Below are positions 1 through 8,582 of a DNA stretch of 57,856 nucleotides, in pieces. The position numbers and the translations under genes were made by a program. The first letter of the stretch is position 1. The number at the start of each line of letters is the position of its first letter. The stretch covers positions 1 to 57,856 of the forward strand of contig CAVHIG010000002.1 of the NCBI GenBank assembly GCA_963636105.1. Reading direction: 5' to 3'. Source of the DNA: Anaerovoracaceae bacterium. GTDB taxonomy: Bacteria > Bacillota > Clostridia > Peptostreptococcales > Anaerovoracaceae. The notes beneath the pieces were generated by a model. The model was given only the letters and a program-made list of their open reading frames with translations. It had not been told where the DNA came from and ran no database searches.

Positions 1-79
1 GCAGCCAGCTACCACCCCCAAATCTTCCTTGCAATAAATAATTTGTAAAAGTATAAGAATACGAAAGGTTTGGGAAAAG

Positions 80-322
80 ATGAGAATAGACAAATTTCTT
101 AAAAATTCGCGGCTTATAAAACGCAGAACTGTAGCAAAAGAGGCCTGCGAGCAGGACAGAATCACTATAAATGGCAAGGTGGCAAAGCCCGGAACTGAGG
201 TAAAGGTGGGCGATGTATTGCACATTCAATTTGGCTCAAGTGAGATAAATGCGCGTGTGCTCAAGCTTACGGAATCCTGCCGCAAGGAAGATGCCGCGGG
301 TATGTATGAAATTTTAGAATAA
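80..322 (+). CDS. rqcP: Small S4-domain RNA-binding protein, RqcP/YabO-like
   Basis: 80-aa ORF. The N-terminus MRIDKFLKNSRLIKRRTVAKE..NGKVAKPGTEVKVGD is a typical S4 fold. The C-terminal KEDAAGMYEIL resembles B. subtilis YabO as I recall it. No search run. Confidence 0.75.
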   Translation: MRIDKFLKNSRLIKRRTVAKEACEQDRITINGKVAKPGTEVKVGDVLHIQFGSSEINARVLKLTESCRKEDAAGMYEILE

Positions 323-345
323 AAAGGGCGGCGCAATGCGCCGCC
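321..345 (-). terminator. GC-rich hairpin between convergent rqcP-like and folT genes
   Basis: GGCGGCGC aat GCGCCGCC at 327-334/338-345. On the minus strand it is followed by CTTTTTA. There is no T-run in the plus sense, so it mainly terminates folT. Confidence 0.6.
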
Positions 346-350
346 TGAAG

Positions 351-974
351 TTATAATTTGATTTTTGAAAGCACCCGATTCCAGGTAAGCGGTATGAGGA
401 GTGTCTCTACAGGAATCATAAGCGCTGCCTTTATAATTCGAGTGGGTAGCAATACCCAGAAGGCATCGCCCATAAGAATCGTCAGCCAATATGTATTCAG
501 AAGAAGGTCACACAGCAGGACTACGAGACAGCTTGCAAGAAGCGCGCGCCTGTAGGTGACTGTTTTTTTGTGCAAAATAAGGCCAAAGAGCAGGCCTGAG
601 AGAAAGGCAGTCAGTGTAAATCCGGGGAAATATTGACCGGTAGGGATTAGGATCGCGCCTATAAAATCGCCGAGCGCATATGTGGCGGCTGCCCACCATG
701 GTCCCAAAAGTATGGCAAGCATTGCAATAGGCAGAAAGCCAAAGCCTATACGCACTATCGGTGTGGAGATGGAGCAAAATCTTGTGAGTATGACCTCCAT
801 GGCTAAAAGTAGCGCCGCAATCACTACGCGCGAGGTGGCTGAGCTCAGGTGACCTGCGCCGTTTCCGCCACTTGCGCCGTTTCCGCTTCTTACGCCATTT
901 CCGCCGCTATCTGAAATAAACTTTTTCATAAAGTTTAGGAAAGCTCCCTTCTTGAAATTTTTCGTTTTGCGCAT
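351..974 (-). CDS. folT: Folate-family ECF transporter S component with G/N/S-rich N-terminal insert
   Basis: Polytopic membrane ORF. The core LTRFCSISTPIVRIGFGFLPI, GDFIGAILIP and FPGFTLTAFLSGLLFG is typical of FolT-type S components. The start is uncertain: ATG 974 lacks an SD and the alternative is ATG 929. Confidence 0.7.
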   Translation of the reverse strand: MRKTKNFKKGAFLNFMKKFISDSGGNGVRSGNGASGGNGAGHLSSATSRVVIAALLLAMEVILTRFCSISTPIVRIGFGFLPIAMLAILLGPWWAAATYALGDFIGAILIPTGQYFPGFTLTAFLSGLLFGLILHKKTVTYRRALLASCLVVLLCDLLLNTYWLTILMGDAFWVLLPTRIIKAALMIPVETLLIPLTWNRVLSKIKL

Positions 975-1007
975 GGCTGCGCAACTTTCATTATAGTATA
1001 AGTGGAG

Positions 1008-1092
1008 TTTGAATTCAAGTTTGAATTCGAGAAAGGCAGCTGGCCGCTGTTTAGAGGAGTTTTTTGATTGTAATTCGAGGAAGGCAGCTGGC
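1008..1092. repeat. Direct repeats in the folT/carD divergent intergenic region
   Basis: Tandem 12-mers TTTGAATTCAAG (1008-1019) and TTTGAATTCGAG (1020-1031). A 22-mer GAATTCGAGAAAGGCAGCTGGC (1023-1044) is repeated as TAATTCGAGGAAGGCAGCTGGC (1071-1092) at 20/22 identity. Confidence 0.8.
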
Positions 1093-1213
1093 GGATATAT
1101 GCTGGAAAGCAGAATTTAAACCGATTTTTTTAAATGCTTTCTTTTAATGTGATAAATATGTGTTGACATGAGAAATGCATTGTGATAAACTTAAAAATTT
1201 ACAGATATTATGG

Positions 1214-1243
1214 TTGACAGAGTGGCAAAAAATATATTATACT
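1214..1243 (+). promoter_or_regulatory. Sigma-A-type promoter for carD
   Basis: TTGACA (1214-1219), 18-nt spacer, TATACT (1238-1243). A second weaker TTGACA-17-TAAACT sits at 1163-1191. Confidence 0.5.
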
Positions 1244-1331
1244 TTATTTGGGTGCAATGTAGAATGAGGGGATTTCTGCGCTCTGCGGAGATTCGTCCGA
1301 CATCTCAATTTACCTTAGAATGGAGGAAATA

Positions 1332-1805
1332 ATGTTTGCCATTGGTGACAAAATAGTTTATCCTATGCATGGGGCAGGGATAATCGAAAAGATCGAGGAT
1401 AAGGAGATAATGGGAGAGACGAGGCAGTATTATGCGGTGTCGATATCCGGAAGCGACATGAAGATCATGGTGCCGGTGGATTCCTGTGAGACAGTGGGCG
1501 TGCGGAGTATCATCTCCGAAGGGGATATGCCCGCCGTGCTTGAGGTTCTGAGCGGGGAAAGCTCACAGATGCCGGGGAATTGGAACAGGCGCTATCGTGA
1601 AAACATGGAAAAGCTCAAATCCGGCGACATTTTGCAGGTGGCAGAGGTTGTAAGAAATCTGCTGCGCGTGGATAGGGCAAAGAAGCTCTCTACGGGTGAA
1701 AAGAAGCTCCTGACAAATGCGAGACAGATCCTTCAAAGCGAGATTGTCCTGGTGAAAAGCATTGACTCCGGCGAGGCTGAGAATCTGATAGATGCTACTG
1801 TCTAA
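1332..1805 (+). CDS. carD: CarD/CdnL-family RNA-polymerase-binding transcription regulator
   Basis: FAIGDKIVYPMHGAGIIEKIE..RQYYAV is the Tudor-like CarD_CdnL_TRCF motif. GGAGG at 1322-1326 favours ATG 1332 over ATG 1320. Confidence 0.85.
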   Translation: MFAIGDKIVYPMHGAGIIEKIEDKEIMGETRQYYAVSISGSDMKIMVPVDSCETVGVRSIISEGDMPAVLEVLSGESSQMPGNWNRRYRENMEKLKSGDILQVAEVVRNLLRVDRAKKLSTGEKKLLTNARQILQSEIVLVKSIDSGEAENLIDATV

Positions 1806-1948
1806 TTTTTGGTAGCATCCGCTAGATTTTGGAAGTTTGCCGAATCCTGGAGACGCGCGCCTTTGTGGGGCTTTCAAATTTCGGCAGGGCTTCCCAGGTG
1901 GTGGCCTCAAAAAATACAAAAAATATAAATCGAAGGGAGGTGAAATGA

Positions 1949-3058
1949 ATGATAAAAAAACTTGTAAAAGCCTTATTTACTTTGCTTGGTGTGGCGCTTG
2001 GAGTAGGTTTTTGGACTTTGTGTGAGTATTTACTTCCGCTCACAGGAAGCTTTCCGGAGGGGTTGGGATTGTCAGAGACTGAAAGGGTTGGCTTTGCGGT
2101 CGGCTGTGCAATTATTTTCGGAATTTTATTTTTCAAGCTGGCTCCTATGCTGGGCAAGCAGGGCAAAAAGGTCGCAAACGATATCGAATCTGATCTGCAA
2201 TCAGTACCCGCGGATGATATAATGAGCGGTACCTTCGGATTGATAGTCGGACTCTTGATCGCATTCCTCATAAGCAGGATATATGACTCCTTCCAGTTCT
2301 TCTATCTGGATACGGTGCTTACAATCTTCACATATGTGATATGCGCATTTTTGGGTGTGGTCATAGCGAGCAAAAAGGGCAAAGAGGTACTTCCTATGTT
2401 CTACGCGCCGAAAAAGCAGTCCGGCGGCAAGGGGAAGAGCAAGCTGGGGGACGCCTGCCCGAAGATTCTGGATACAAGCGTAATCATAGACGGCAGAATC
2501 GCCGACATAATGCGGACGGGCTTTATAGAAGGCAACATCGTGATACCGGAATTTGTATTGCTTGAGCTCCAGCATATCGCGGACTCCTCGGATTCGCTCA
2601 AGCGAAATCGCGGACGCAGAGGCCTGGATATTCTCAATAAGATTCAGACGGAATATGGCATAGAGATCTACAATACAACTGCGGAGAAGGCGCTGGATGA
2701 GATCCCCGAAGTGGATGTCAAGCTTCTCAAGCTCGCTCAGATAATGAACGGCAAGGTAGTCACAAACGACTTCAATCTCAACAAGGTAGCCGTCATAAAG
2801 GGCGTGCCTGTGCTCAATATAAATGAGCTTGCAAATACTCTCAAGCCTGTGGTACTTCCGGGTGAGGACATGAGCCTCTTCCTTGTAAAGGAAGGCAAGG
2901 AGCAGAATCAGGCAGTTGCCTACCTCGATGACGGTACCATGATCGTAGTAGAGGATGGCAGAAGGTATATCGGGCAGACCATCACGACGACGGTAACGAG
3001 CGTATTGCAGACTTCGGCGGGCAGGATGATCTTCGCGAAGCCGAAGGGACGCAGATAA
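1949..3058 (+). CDS. yacL: PIN/TRAM-domain membrane protein, YacL-like
   Basis: Four N-terminal TM helices, then a PIN-like core (ILDTSVIIDGRI..PEFVLLELQHIADS) and a C-terminal TRAM-like beta domain. It precedes ispD/F as in Bacillus synteny. Confidence 0.75.
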   Translation: MIKKLVKALFTLLGVALGVGFWTLCEYLLPLTGSFPEGLGLSETERVGFAVGCAIIFGILFFKLAPMLGKQGKKVANDIESDLQSVPADDIMSGTFGLIVGLLIAFLISRIYDSFQFFYLDTVLTIFTYVICAFLGVVIASKKGKEVLPMFYAPKKQSGGKGKSKLGDACPKILDTSVIIDGRIADIMRTGFIEGNIVIPEFVLLELQHIADSSDSLKRNRGRRGLDILNKIQTEYGIEIYNTTAEKALDEIPEVDVKLLKLAQIMNGKVVTNDFNLNKVAVIKGVPVLNINELANTLKPVVLPGEDMSLFLVKEGKEQNQAVAYLDDGTMIVVEDGRRYIGQTITTTVTSVLQTSAGRMIFAKPKGRR

Positions 3059-3099
3059 CAGGCAAAAGCTATACTTGTGGCAGTTAAAAGGAAAAAGAC

Positions 3100-4281
3100 A
3101 TGTATAAGGGAAAGAAAATTGCTGTAATCATAGCCGCGGCAGGCATGGGAAAGCGCATGGGCGCAGACGTTCCAAAGCAGTTTTTAGAGATAAATGGCAG
3201 GCCTATGCTTGCGGAAACTGCGGAGGTCTTTGCCGCGGATGACTTTGTAGACGCAATATGCGTGGTCACGGGCGCTTCCGATGTGGAGAGATGCCATGCG
3301 ATTTTAAAAGGCATGTCGAAGATAAAATACATAGTACCGGGAGGAAAGGAGAGGCAGGACTCGATATCCTGCGGCCTTTCGGCTCTCTGTGCGGCAGAGG
3401 AATTTGACATAGTGCTTATACATGATGCCGCTCGTCCCTATGTGACATCACGCCTGATAGAAGATTGTATAGAAAAGGCCTTGCAGGTAGGCGCATGTAC
3501 TGCGGCTGTCCCTGTAAAGGATACAATCCGCTATCGAAACATGACCCTTGAGCGCAAGGACATGTATGCCGTGCAGACTCCGCAAGCCTTTGAAAAATCC
3601 ATAATTTTAAGCGCATATGAAAGAGCTTATTCTGACGGCTTTTATGGCACGGACGATGCCGGACTTGTGGAGCGCATGGGAAGGACGGTGGCCATTGTGG
3701 AGGGAGACTATAAAAATATAAAAATAACAACACCTGAGGATTTGCCGGCATCATGCGGAGGCAGTGCCGGCAGTCAGGCTTTTTTGAAAAACAGCGCAGG
3801 CAGCATGAGAATAGGCAGCGGCTTTGATGTGCATGCCTTTGCCGAAGGGAGGGCACTCATCCTCGGAGGAGTGGATATTCCGCACACGAAAGGCTTACTC
3901 GGGCATTCGGACGCGGATGTGCTTACGCATGCGGTGATGGACGCGCTGCTCGGCGCGGCTGCGCTCGGAGACATAGGCAGGCATTTTCCGGATACGGATG
4001 AGCGCTACAAAGGAATATCAAGCTTGCTCCTTCTTGAGCATGTGCGTACTCTTTTGGAGAAAGCAGGCTATATAGTAGGAAATATCGATGTCACATTGAT
4101 AGCGCAAAAGCCAAAGATCGCGCCTTATATACAGCAGATGACGCAAAACCTGGCAAAGAGCCTTGGGATAGAGGAAAATCGTATAAATATAAAGGGTACG
4201 ACGACCGAAAAGCTGGGATTTACAGGCCGCGAAGAAGGCATAGCCTGTGAGGCGGTATGCATGATCTACAGCAGAATTTAA
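3100..4281 (+). CDS. ispDF: Bifunctional MEP cytidylyltransferase / MEcPP synthase (IspD-IspF fusion)
   Basis: The N-terminal half has [12 protein letters not shown] and VLIHDAARP (IspD). The C-terminal half has [10 protein letters not shown] and [11 protein letters not shown] (IspF). They are joined by a G/S-rich linker in one ORF. Confidence 0.9.
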   Translation: MYKGKKIAVIIAAAGMGKRMGADVPKQFLEINGRPMLAETAEVFAADDFVDAICVVTGASDVERCHAILKGMSKIKYIVPGGKERQDSISCGLSALCAAEEFDIVLIHDAARPYVTSRLIEDCIEKALQVGACTAAVPVKDTIRYRNMTLERKDMYAVQTPQAFEKSIILSAYERAYSDGFYGTDDAGLVERMGRTVAIVEGDYKNIKITTPEDLPASCGGSAGSQAFLKNSAGSMRIGSGFDVHAFAEGRALILGGVDIPHTKGLLGHSDADVLTHAVMDALLGAAALGDIGRHFPDTDERYKGISSLLLLEHVRTLLEKAGYIVGNIDVTLIAQKPKIAPYIQQMTQNLAKSLGIEENRINIKGTTTEKLGFTGREEGIACEAVCMIYSRI

Positions 4282-4369
4282 AAAATATGAAAGAAAGCGC
4301 GGATTTTGCCCTGGGCAAGAGCCGCGGCAAATAAATAAAAGTTACAAATAAAAGGAGACAATTACAAAA

Positions 4370-6115
4370 ATGAGAGCATCAAATATGCACTTGAAGACTT
4401 TGAGAGAGGTGCCAAACGAAGCAGAGATTCCGAGTCACATTTTACTTTTGAGAACAGGCATGATCAGAAAGCTGGCATCCGGCATATATGGATTTATGCC
4501 GATGGGCTGGAAGTCTGTCAGAAAGATTGAGGAGATCGTAAGACAGGAGATGGACGCCAAGGGCGGCGAGGAGATTCATATGTCTGCCGTGCAGCCTGCT
4601 GAGCTTTGGCAGGAATCCGGCAGATGGTATGCCTACGGACCTGAGCTTTGGAGAATAAAGGACAGAAATGGCAGAGACTTTTGCCTGGGACCTACACATG
4701 AGGAGGTATTTACGGATATCATCAGAAACGATGTAAGCTCCTACAGACAGCTGCCAAAATTGCTTTATCAAATTCAGATGAAGTATAGAGATGAGTCCAG
4801 ACCGAGATTTGGTCTTATGCGTTCCAGAGAATTTATAATGAAGGATCTGTATTCATTTGATAAGGACGAGGAAGGCCTGGATAAGAGCTATCAGGCTATG
4901 TATGATGCTTATACAAAGGTATTCAAGCGCTGCGGACTTGACTGCAGACCGGTAGAAGCGGACACAGGAGCTATAGGCGGCAGCAATTCACACGAATTTA
5001 CAGCACTCTCAGAAGTGGGAGAATCTGAAATCGCATATTGCGAAAAATGTCATATGGCGGCTACTACAGAGAGAGCAGAGTGCAGGGACGCGGAAGCATC
5101 AGCAGAGGAAATGCTCGCTCTGGAAGAAGTATATACACCGGGCACAAAGACAATAGAAGATGTAGCTTCATATCTTGGACTTGCAAAGGAGCAGACCTTG
5201 AAAGCCCTCCTGTTTGTCACATATGATGAAGAAGGCAAGGAGAATGGCTATGTAGCGGCATTTGTAAGAGGTGATAGAGATCTCAATATGATAAAGCTTG
5301 TAAATGCTCTCGACATTCCTGAGCATGCTATAGCCTTTGCGGATGAAGCTGAGATGAGTGCGGCTACAGGCTGCGTGGGCGGTTTCACAGGTCCTGTGGG
5401 TCTTCACGATTGCAAGATCGTAGTTGACAGCGAAATTCCGGGACTTCGCAATCTCTGCGCTGGAGCATGCAAGGAAAATTACCACTTAAAAAATGTAAAT
5501 TATGGCAGAGATTACAAGGCTGACATAATATGCGATATCAAGGTTCTCAAGGCAGGCGACCCTTGCCCTGTATGCGGCGCGCCTGTAAAGCACACAAGAG
5601 GTATTGAGGTAGGCCAGGTATTCAAGCTCGGCACAAAGTACTCAAAATCCATGGGTGCTTACTATAAGGATGAAAATCAGCAGGATAAGCTTATTGTCAT
5701 GGGCTGCTACGGCATAGGCGTGACAAGGACGCTATCTGCGGTAGTAGAGCAGCATCACGACGAAAACGGCATAATCTGGCCTATGTCAGTGGCGCCTTAT
5801 CATGTAATCGTTACTCTTGTAAAGCCTGATGATGAGGTACAAAAGGCAGCTGCGGAGAAGATATACGAATCACTTTTAGCAGACGGCGTCGAGGTTATTT
5901 TGGACGATCGTGATGAGAGACCGGGAGTAAAATTCAAGGATGCGGATCTCCTCGGAATTCCTCTCCGTATCACGGTAGGTCGCGGCGCGGCAAATGGCGT
6001 AGTAGAGTACAAAATGCGTCGTGACGCTGAGAAGACGGAGCTTTCTATCGATGAGGCGATAGAAAATGCAAAGGCAGTAGTGAAAGCCGAAAGAGACGGC
6101 AGGATTTTTTTATAA
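4370..6115 (+). CDS. proS: Proline--tRNA ligase, bacterial type with INS editing domain
   Basis: 581 aa. Contains class II motifs (FRDE-like YRDESRPRFGLMRSREF), a central insertion domain and a C-terminal anticodon-binding domain. Confidence 0.9.
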   Translation: MRASNMHLKTLREVPNEAEIPSHILLLRTGMIRKLASGIYGFMPMGWKSVRKIEEIVRQEMDAKGGEEIHMSAVQPAELWQESGRWYAYGPELWRIKDRNGRDFCLGPTHEEVFTDIIRNDVSSYRQLPKLLYQIQMKYRDESRPRFGLMRSREFIMKDLYSFDKDEEGLDKSYQAMYDAYTKVFKRCGLDCRPVEADTGAIGGSNSHEFTALSEVGESEIAYCEKCHMAATTERAECRDAEASAEEMLALEEVYTPGTKTIEDVASYLGLAKEQTLKALLFVTYDEEGKENGYVAAFVRGDRDLNMIKLVNALDIPEHAIAFADEAEMSAATGCVGGFTGPVGLHDCKIVVDSEIPGLRNLCAGACKENYHLKNVNYGRDYKADIICDIKVLKAGDPCPVCGAPVKHTRGIEVGQVFKLGTKYSKSMGAYYKDENQQDKLIVMGCYGIGVTRTLSAVVEQHHDENGIIWPMSVAPYHVIVTLVKPDDEVQKAAAEKIYESLLADGVEVILDDRDERPGVKFKDADLLGIPLRITVGRGAANGVVEYKMRRDAEKTELSIDEAIENAKAVVKAERDGRIFL

Positions 6116-6145
6116 GGCTATAAAGCTTGAGGAAGGCATGATTTG

Positions 6146-6697
6146 ATGGATTCTACAAAAAAGCTTTTTGAACTCTTTTCGGTATTTTTCAAGATGGGGC
6201 TTTTCACCTTCGGAGGCGGACTTGCCATGCTTCCCTTGATTCAAAGGACAGTGGTCACAGACAAGGGCTGGATGAGCGAGGAGGAGATGGTAGATTGCGT
6301 GGCAGTGGCACAGTCCATGCCGGGCGTCATCGCTATAAACGCGGCTACCTATGTAGGAGCGCGCAGAAAAGGCTTTGCGGGCGCTCTCGCCGCCACACTT
6401 GGAGTGATTATGCCGTCATTTATAATAATAATACTCGCTGTGCTTTTTTTAGGCGCAGTGGGGGATAATCGCTATATCAATGGTGCATTTACGGGCATAA
6501 AGGCGGCTTCCTGCGCACTCATATTATATTCGGCATACAAGCTGGGAAAGCAGGTGCTAAAGGGCAAATTCGAATGGCTTATCGCACTTGCTTCCTTTGC
6601 GGTCATCATCATTTTTGATGTGACGGCGCTTTGGACCATCGTAGGCGGCGCTCTCCTTGGCGTGCTTTATCAGGCAAGCAAAGGAGGCGCAAAATGA
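6146..6697 (+). CDS. Chromate-transporter (CHR) family protein, short-chain half 1
   Basis: FGGGLAMLPLIQ is the CHR signature. About 183 aa with 5-6 TM helices. ATG 6146 is preferred over TTG 6143. Confidence 0.8.
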   Translation: MDSTKKLFELFSVFFKMGLFTFGGGLAMLPLIQRTVVTDKGWMSEEEMVDCVAVAQSMPGVIAINAATYVGARRKGFAGALAATLGVIMPSFIIIILAVLFLGAVGDNRYINGAFTGIKAASCALILYSAYKLGKQVLKGKFEWLIALASFAVIIIFDVTALWTIVGGALLGVLYQASKGGAK

Positions 6698-7305
6698 TCT
6701 ACTTCAATTTGGCTTATATGTTTGCGAGGATTGGTCTTTTCAGCTTCGGCGGCGGCTATGCCATGCTTCCGCTCATCTTTCAAAGCGTGCAGGATTTTGG
6801 TGTGATGAGCGCCCATGAGTTTTCAAACCTTGTGGCGCTTTCGCAGGTGACGCCGGGACCTGTAGCTGTCAATGCGGCTACCTATGTGGGCTTCAATTAT
6901 GCCGGCTTTTGGGGAGCGGCAGCGGCTACCTTTGGAGTGGGTCTTCCCTCCTTTGTGCTTGTACTTATCGCGGTGCATTTCCTGAATAAATTTAGGGAAA
7001 GCAGCGGGATAGAAGCGGTATTTTCCGGAATCCGGCCTGCTACCGTAGGGCTTATCGCCTCGGCGGCCGTATTTCTCGCAGAGACCGCGCTTATAGACAG
7101 TGAATCTCTCGCGGAAACGGCCCTTTTTTCGGGCGGCGCGGGGCTCCTCGCAAGCCTGGGCAGTTTCCTCGGCGGGATCTTTGGAAGTGTGCAATGGATG
7201 CCGGCATGCATATTTGCGATTACGCTTGTGCTTGCGGGAAAATTCAAAGTGAGTCCGATCAAGATTACGATTTTGATGGGGCTGATCGGGGCCTTTTTGT
7301 GCTAA
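6694..7305 (+). CDS. Chromate-transporter (CHR) family protein, short-chain half 2
   Basis: FGGGYAMLPLIF signature. Its ATG 6694 overlaps the stop of the preceding gene (ATGA). Paired short CHR genes are a known arrangement. Confidence 0.8.
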   Translation: MIYFNLAYMFARIGLFSFGGGYAMLPLIFQSVQDFGVMSAHEFSNLVALSQVTPGPVAVNAATYVGFNYAGFWGAAAATFGVGLPSFVLVLIAVHFLNKFRESSGIEAVFSGIRPATVGLIASAAVFLAETALIDSESLAETALFSGGAGLLASLGSFLGGIFGSVQWMPACIFAITLVLAGKFKVSPIKITILMGLIGAFLC

Positions 7306-7353
7306 ATTTCTAAAGAGACGTTCTGTGTGAAAGGCTCGGGAAAGGAACAGAAT

Positions 7354-7812
7354 ATGTGGACAGGCGGAGTGCGGGTTGTGATACTCGATGATGAAAAGAG
7401 AGTCCTCATGCTGAGGCAGCACCACGAAGAAAGAGATGTCTGGATGGTGCCGGGAGGCGGTATAGAAGAGGGAGAAAATGCTATAGAGGCAGCGGTGCGC
7501 GAGGTCAAGGAGGAGGTCGGCCTTGATATCGAGGTGGGCAAGCTTATCTGGCATGTAGAGGAGGTCCCTGAAAACAATGGTCAAAGGTTTGTAAATTTCT
7601 TCCTTGGAAGCATAAAAGGCGGAAATGTCCACATTGGAATGGATCCTGAAAGAGCGCCGGATGAGCAGGTGCTGCGCGAAATACGCTTTATGTCGCATGC
7701 GGAGCTTGAAAAGCTTGAGGCGGTATATCCGGAGTATCTCAAGGATGAGCTGTGGCGCTTTATAGAAAAGGACAATATGGGCTATGATGCCTTCAAAATA
7801 AGGAAAAGATAG
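7354..7812 (+). CDS. NUDIX hydrolase
   Basis: Nudix box GGGIEEGENAIEAAVREVKEEVGL. ATG 7354 has AAGGA 7 nt upstream. The longest ORF starts at GTG 7327. Confidence 0.8.
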   Translation: MWTGGVRVVILDDEKRVLMLRQHHEERDVWMVPGGGIEEGENAIEAAVREVKEEVGLDIEVGKLIWHVEEVPENNGQRFVNFFLGSIKGGNVHIGMDPERAPDEQVLREIRFMSHAELEKLEAVYPEYLKDELWRFIEKDNMGYDAFKIRKR

Positions 7813-7864
7813 TACTGATAGCCGAAATGGCAGAGATATCAAAAGAAAATAAAGGAGAATGAAA

Positions 7865-8347
7865 ATGACTACATTCAAAATTGAGATGGAAAACGGCGAT
7901 GTTATGAAGGGCGAGCTCTATCCTGAAATCGCGCCTATCACCGTAGAAAATTTCGTAAAGCTTGCAAAGGAAGGCTTCTATGACGGACTTATATTTCACA
8001 GAGTAATTCCGGGCTTCATGATCCAGGGTGGTTGTCCAAATGGAAATGGCATGGGCGGACCGGGATATACCATCAAGGGCGAATTCAGCGCAAACGGCAT
8101 AAAAAATGACCTCAAGCACACAAGAGGCGTACTCTCAATGGCAAGGGCGATGATGCCGGATTCCGCGGGCTCACAATTCTTCATCATGGTAGAGAACGCT
8201 CCGCATCTTGACGGCCAGTACGCTGCTTTCGGAAAGGTTACTGAGGGCATGGAGACTGCCGATGCCATCGTAGGAGTAAGGAGAGATTATAACGATAAGC
8301 CTTACGAAGCACAGGTGATGAAGAAGGTTACAATAATAGAGGAATAG
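7865..8347 (+). CDS. ppiB: Cyclophilin-type peptidyl-prolyl cis-trans isomerase
   Basis: FHRVIPGFMIQGG and SMARAMMPDSAGSQFFI motifs. The SD AAGGAG at 7852-7857 fits ATG 7865. Confidence 0.9.
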   Translation: MTTFKIEMENGDVMKGELYPEIAPITVENFVKLAKEGFYDGLIFHRVIPGFMIQGGCPNGNGMGGPGYTIKGEFSANGIKNDLKHTRGVLSMARAMMPDSAGSQFFIMVENAPHLDGQYAAFGKVTEGMETADAIVGVRRDYNDKPYEAQVMKKVTIIEE

Positions 8348-8488
8348 GCGCAAAAAACGGAATATTACCGTGAAAAAGGCCTATAATGGAATATTCAGAA
8401 AATTGCGAAAAAGCCGCCAAATGCGTTGAAATCAACACTTTTGACGGCTTGACTTTTGTGTGTGCCTTGTGAAGATTTGTATGAAAGG

Positions 8489-8517
8489 TTGACATAATTG
8501 TAATAATCCTGTAATAT
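8489..8517 (+). promoter_or_regulatory. Sigma-A-type promoter for the M23 peptidase gene
   Basis: TTGACA (8489-8494), 17 nt, TAATAT (8512-8517). Confidence 0.6.
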
Positions 8518-8582
8518 TTAATAGTCAGCAATAGTCAAAAGAAGCGTTATGATGATAGACTTATGCGGAAAGGAATAGTAGC

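Noticed and set aside
4282-4369. T-box leader upstream of proS.
   Set aside because: The spacer is only 88 nt and has no specifier-loop or T-box sequence that I can see. That is too short for a T-box riboswitch.
6146-7305. Chromate transporter split into two ORFs, considered as a frameshifted pseudogene.
   Set aside because: Each half has its own FGGG(L/Y)AMLP signature, and the junction is a clean ATGA overlap. Paired short-chain CHR genes are a known natural arrangement, as in the B. subtilis ywrA/ywrB type.
6823-7878. Very long ORFs antisense to housekeeping genes: 6823-7878 (351 aa), 12925-13686 (253 aa), 13816-14889 (357 aa), 19028-19720 (230 aa), 20879-21988 (369 aa), 30538-31350 (270 aa), 54537-55262 (241 aa) and 56104-42 (212 aa).
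   Set aside because: All lie fully inside well-supported sense genes. They have no SD or start context, and they translate to R/H/Y/L/K-rich junk with no motifs. The sense genes rarely use TTA, CTA or TCA codons, which automatically keeps one antisense frame free of stops. This is a codon-usage artefact, not overlapping genes.
8354-8582. A c-di-AMP (ydaO-type) riboswitch upstream of the LysM/M23 hydrolase, and likewise upstream of the Kef-type antiporter (51850-51958).
   Set aside because: The predicted promoters leave only about 65-nt leaders, which is far shorter than that riboswitch. I see no pseudo-two-fold ACGGGGA-type motifs.
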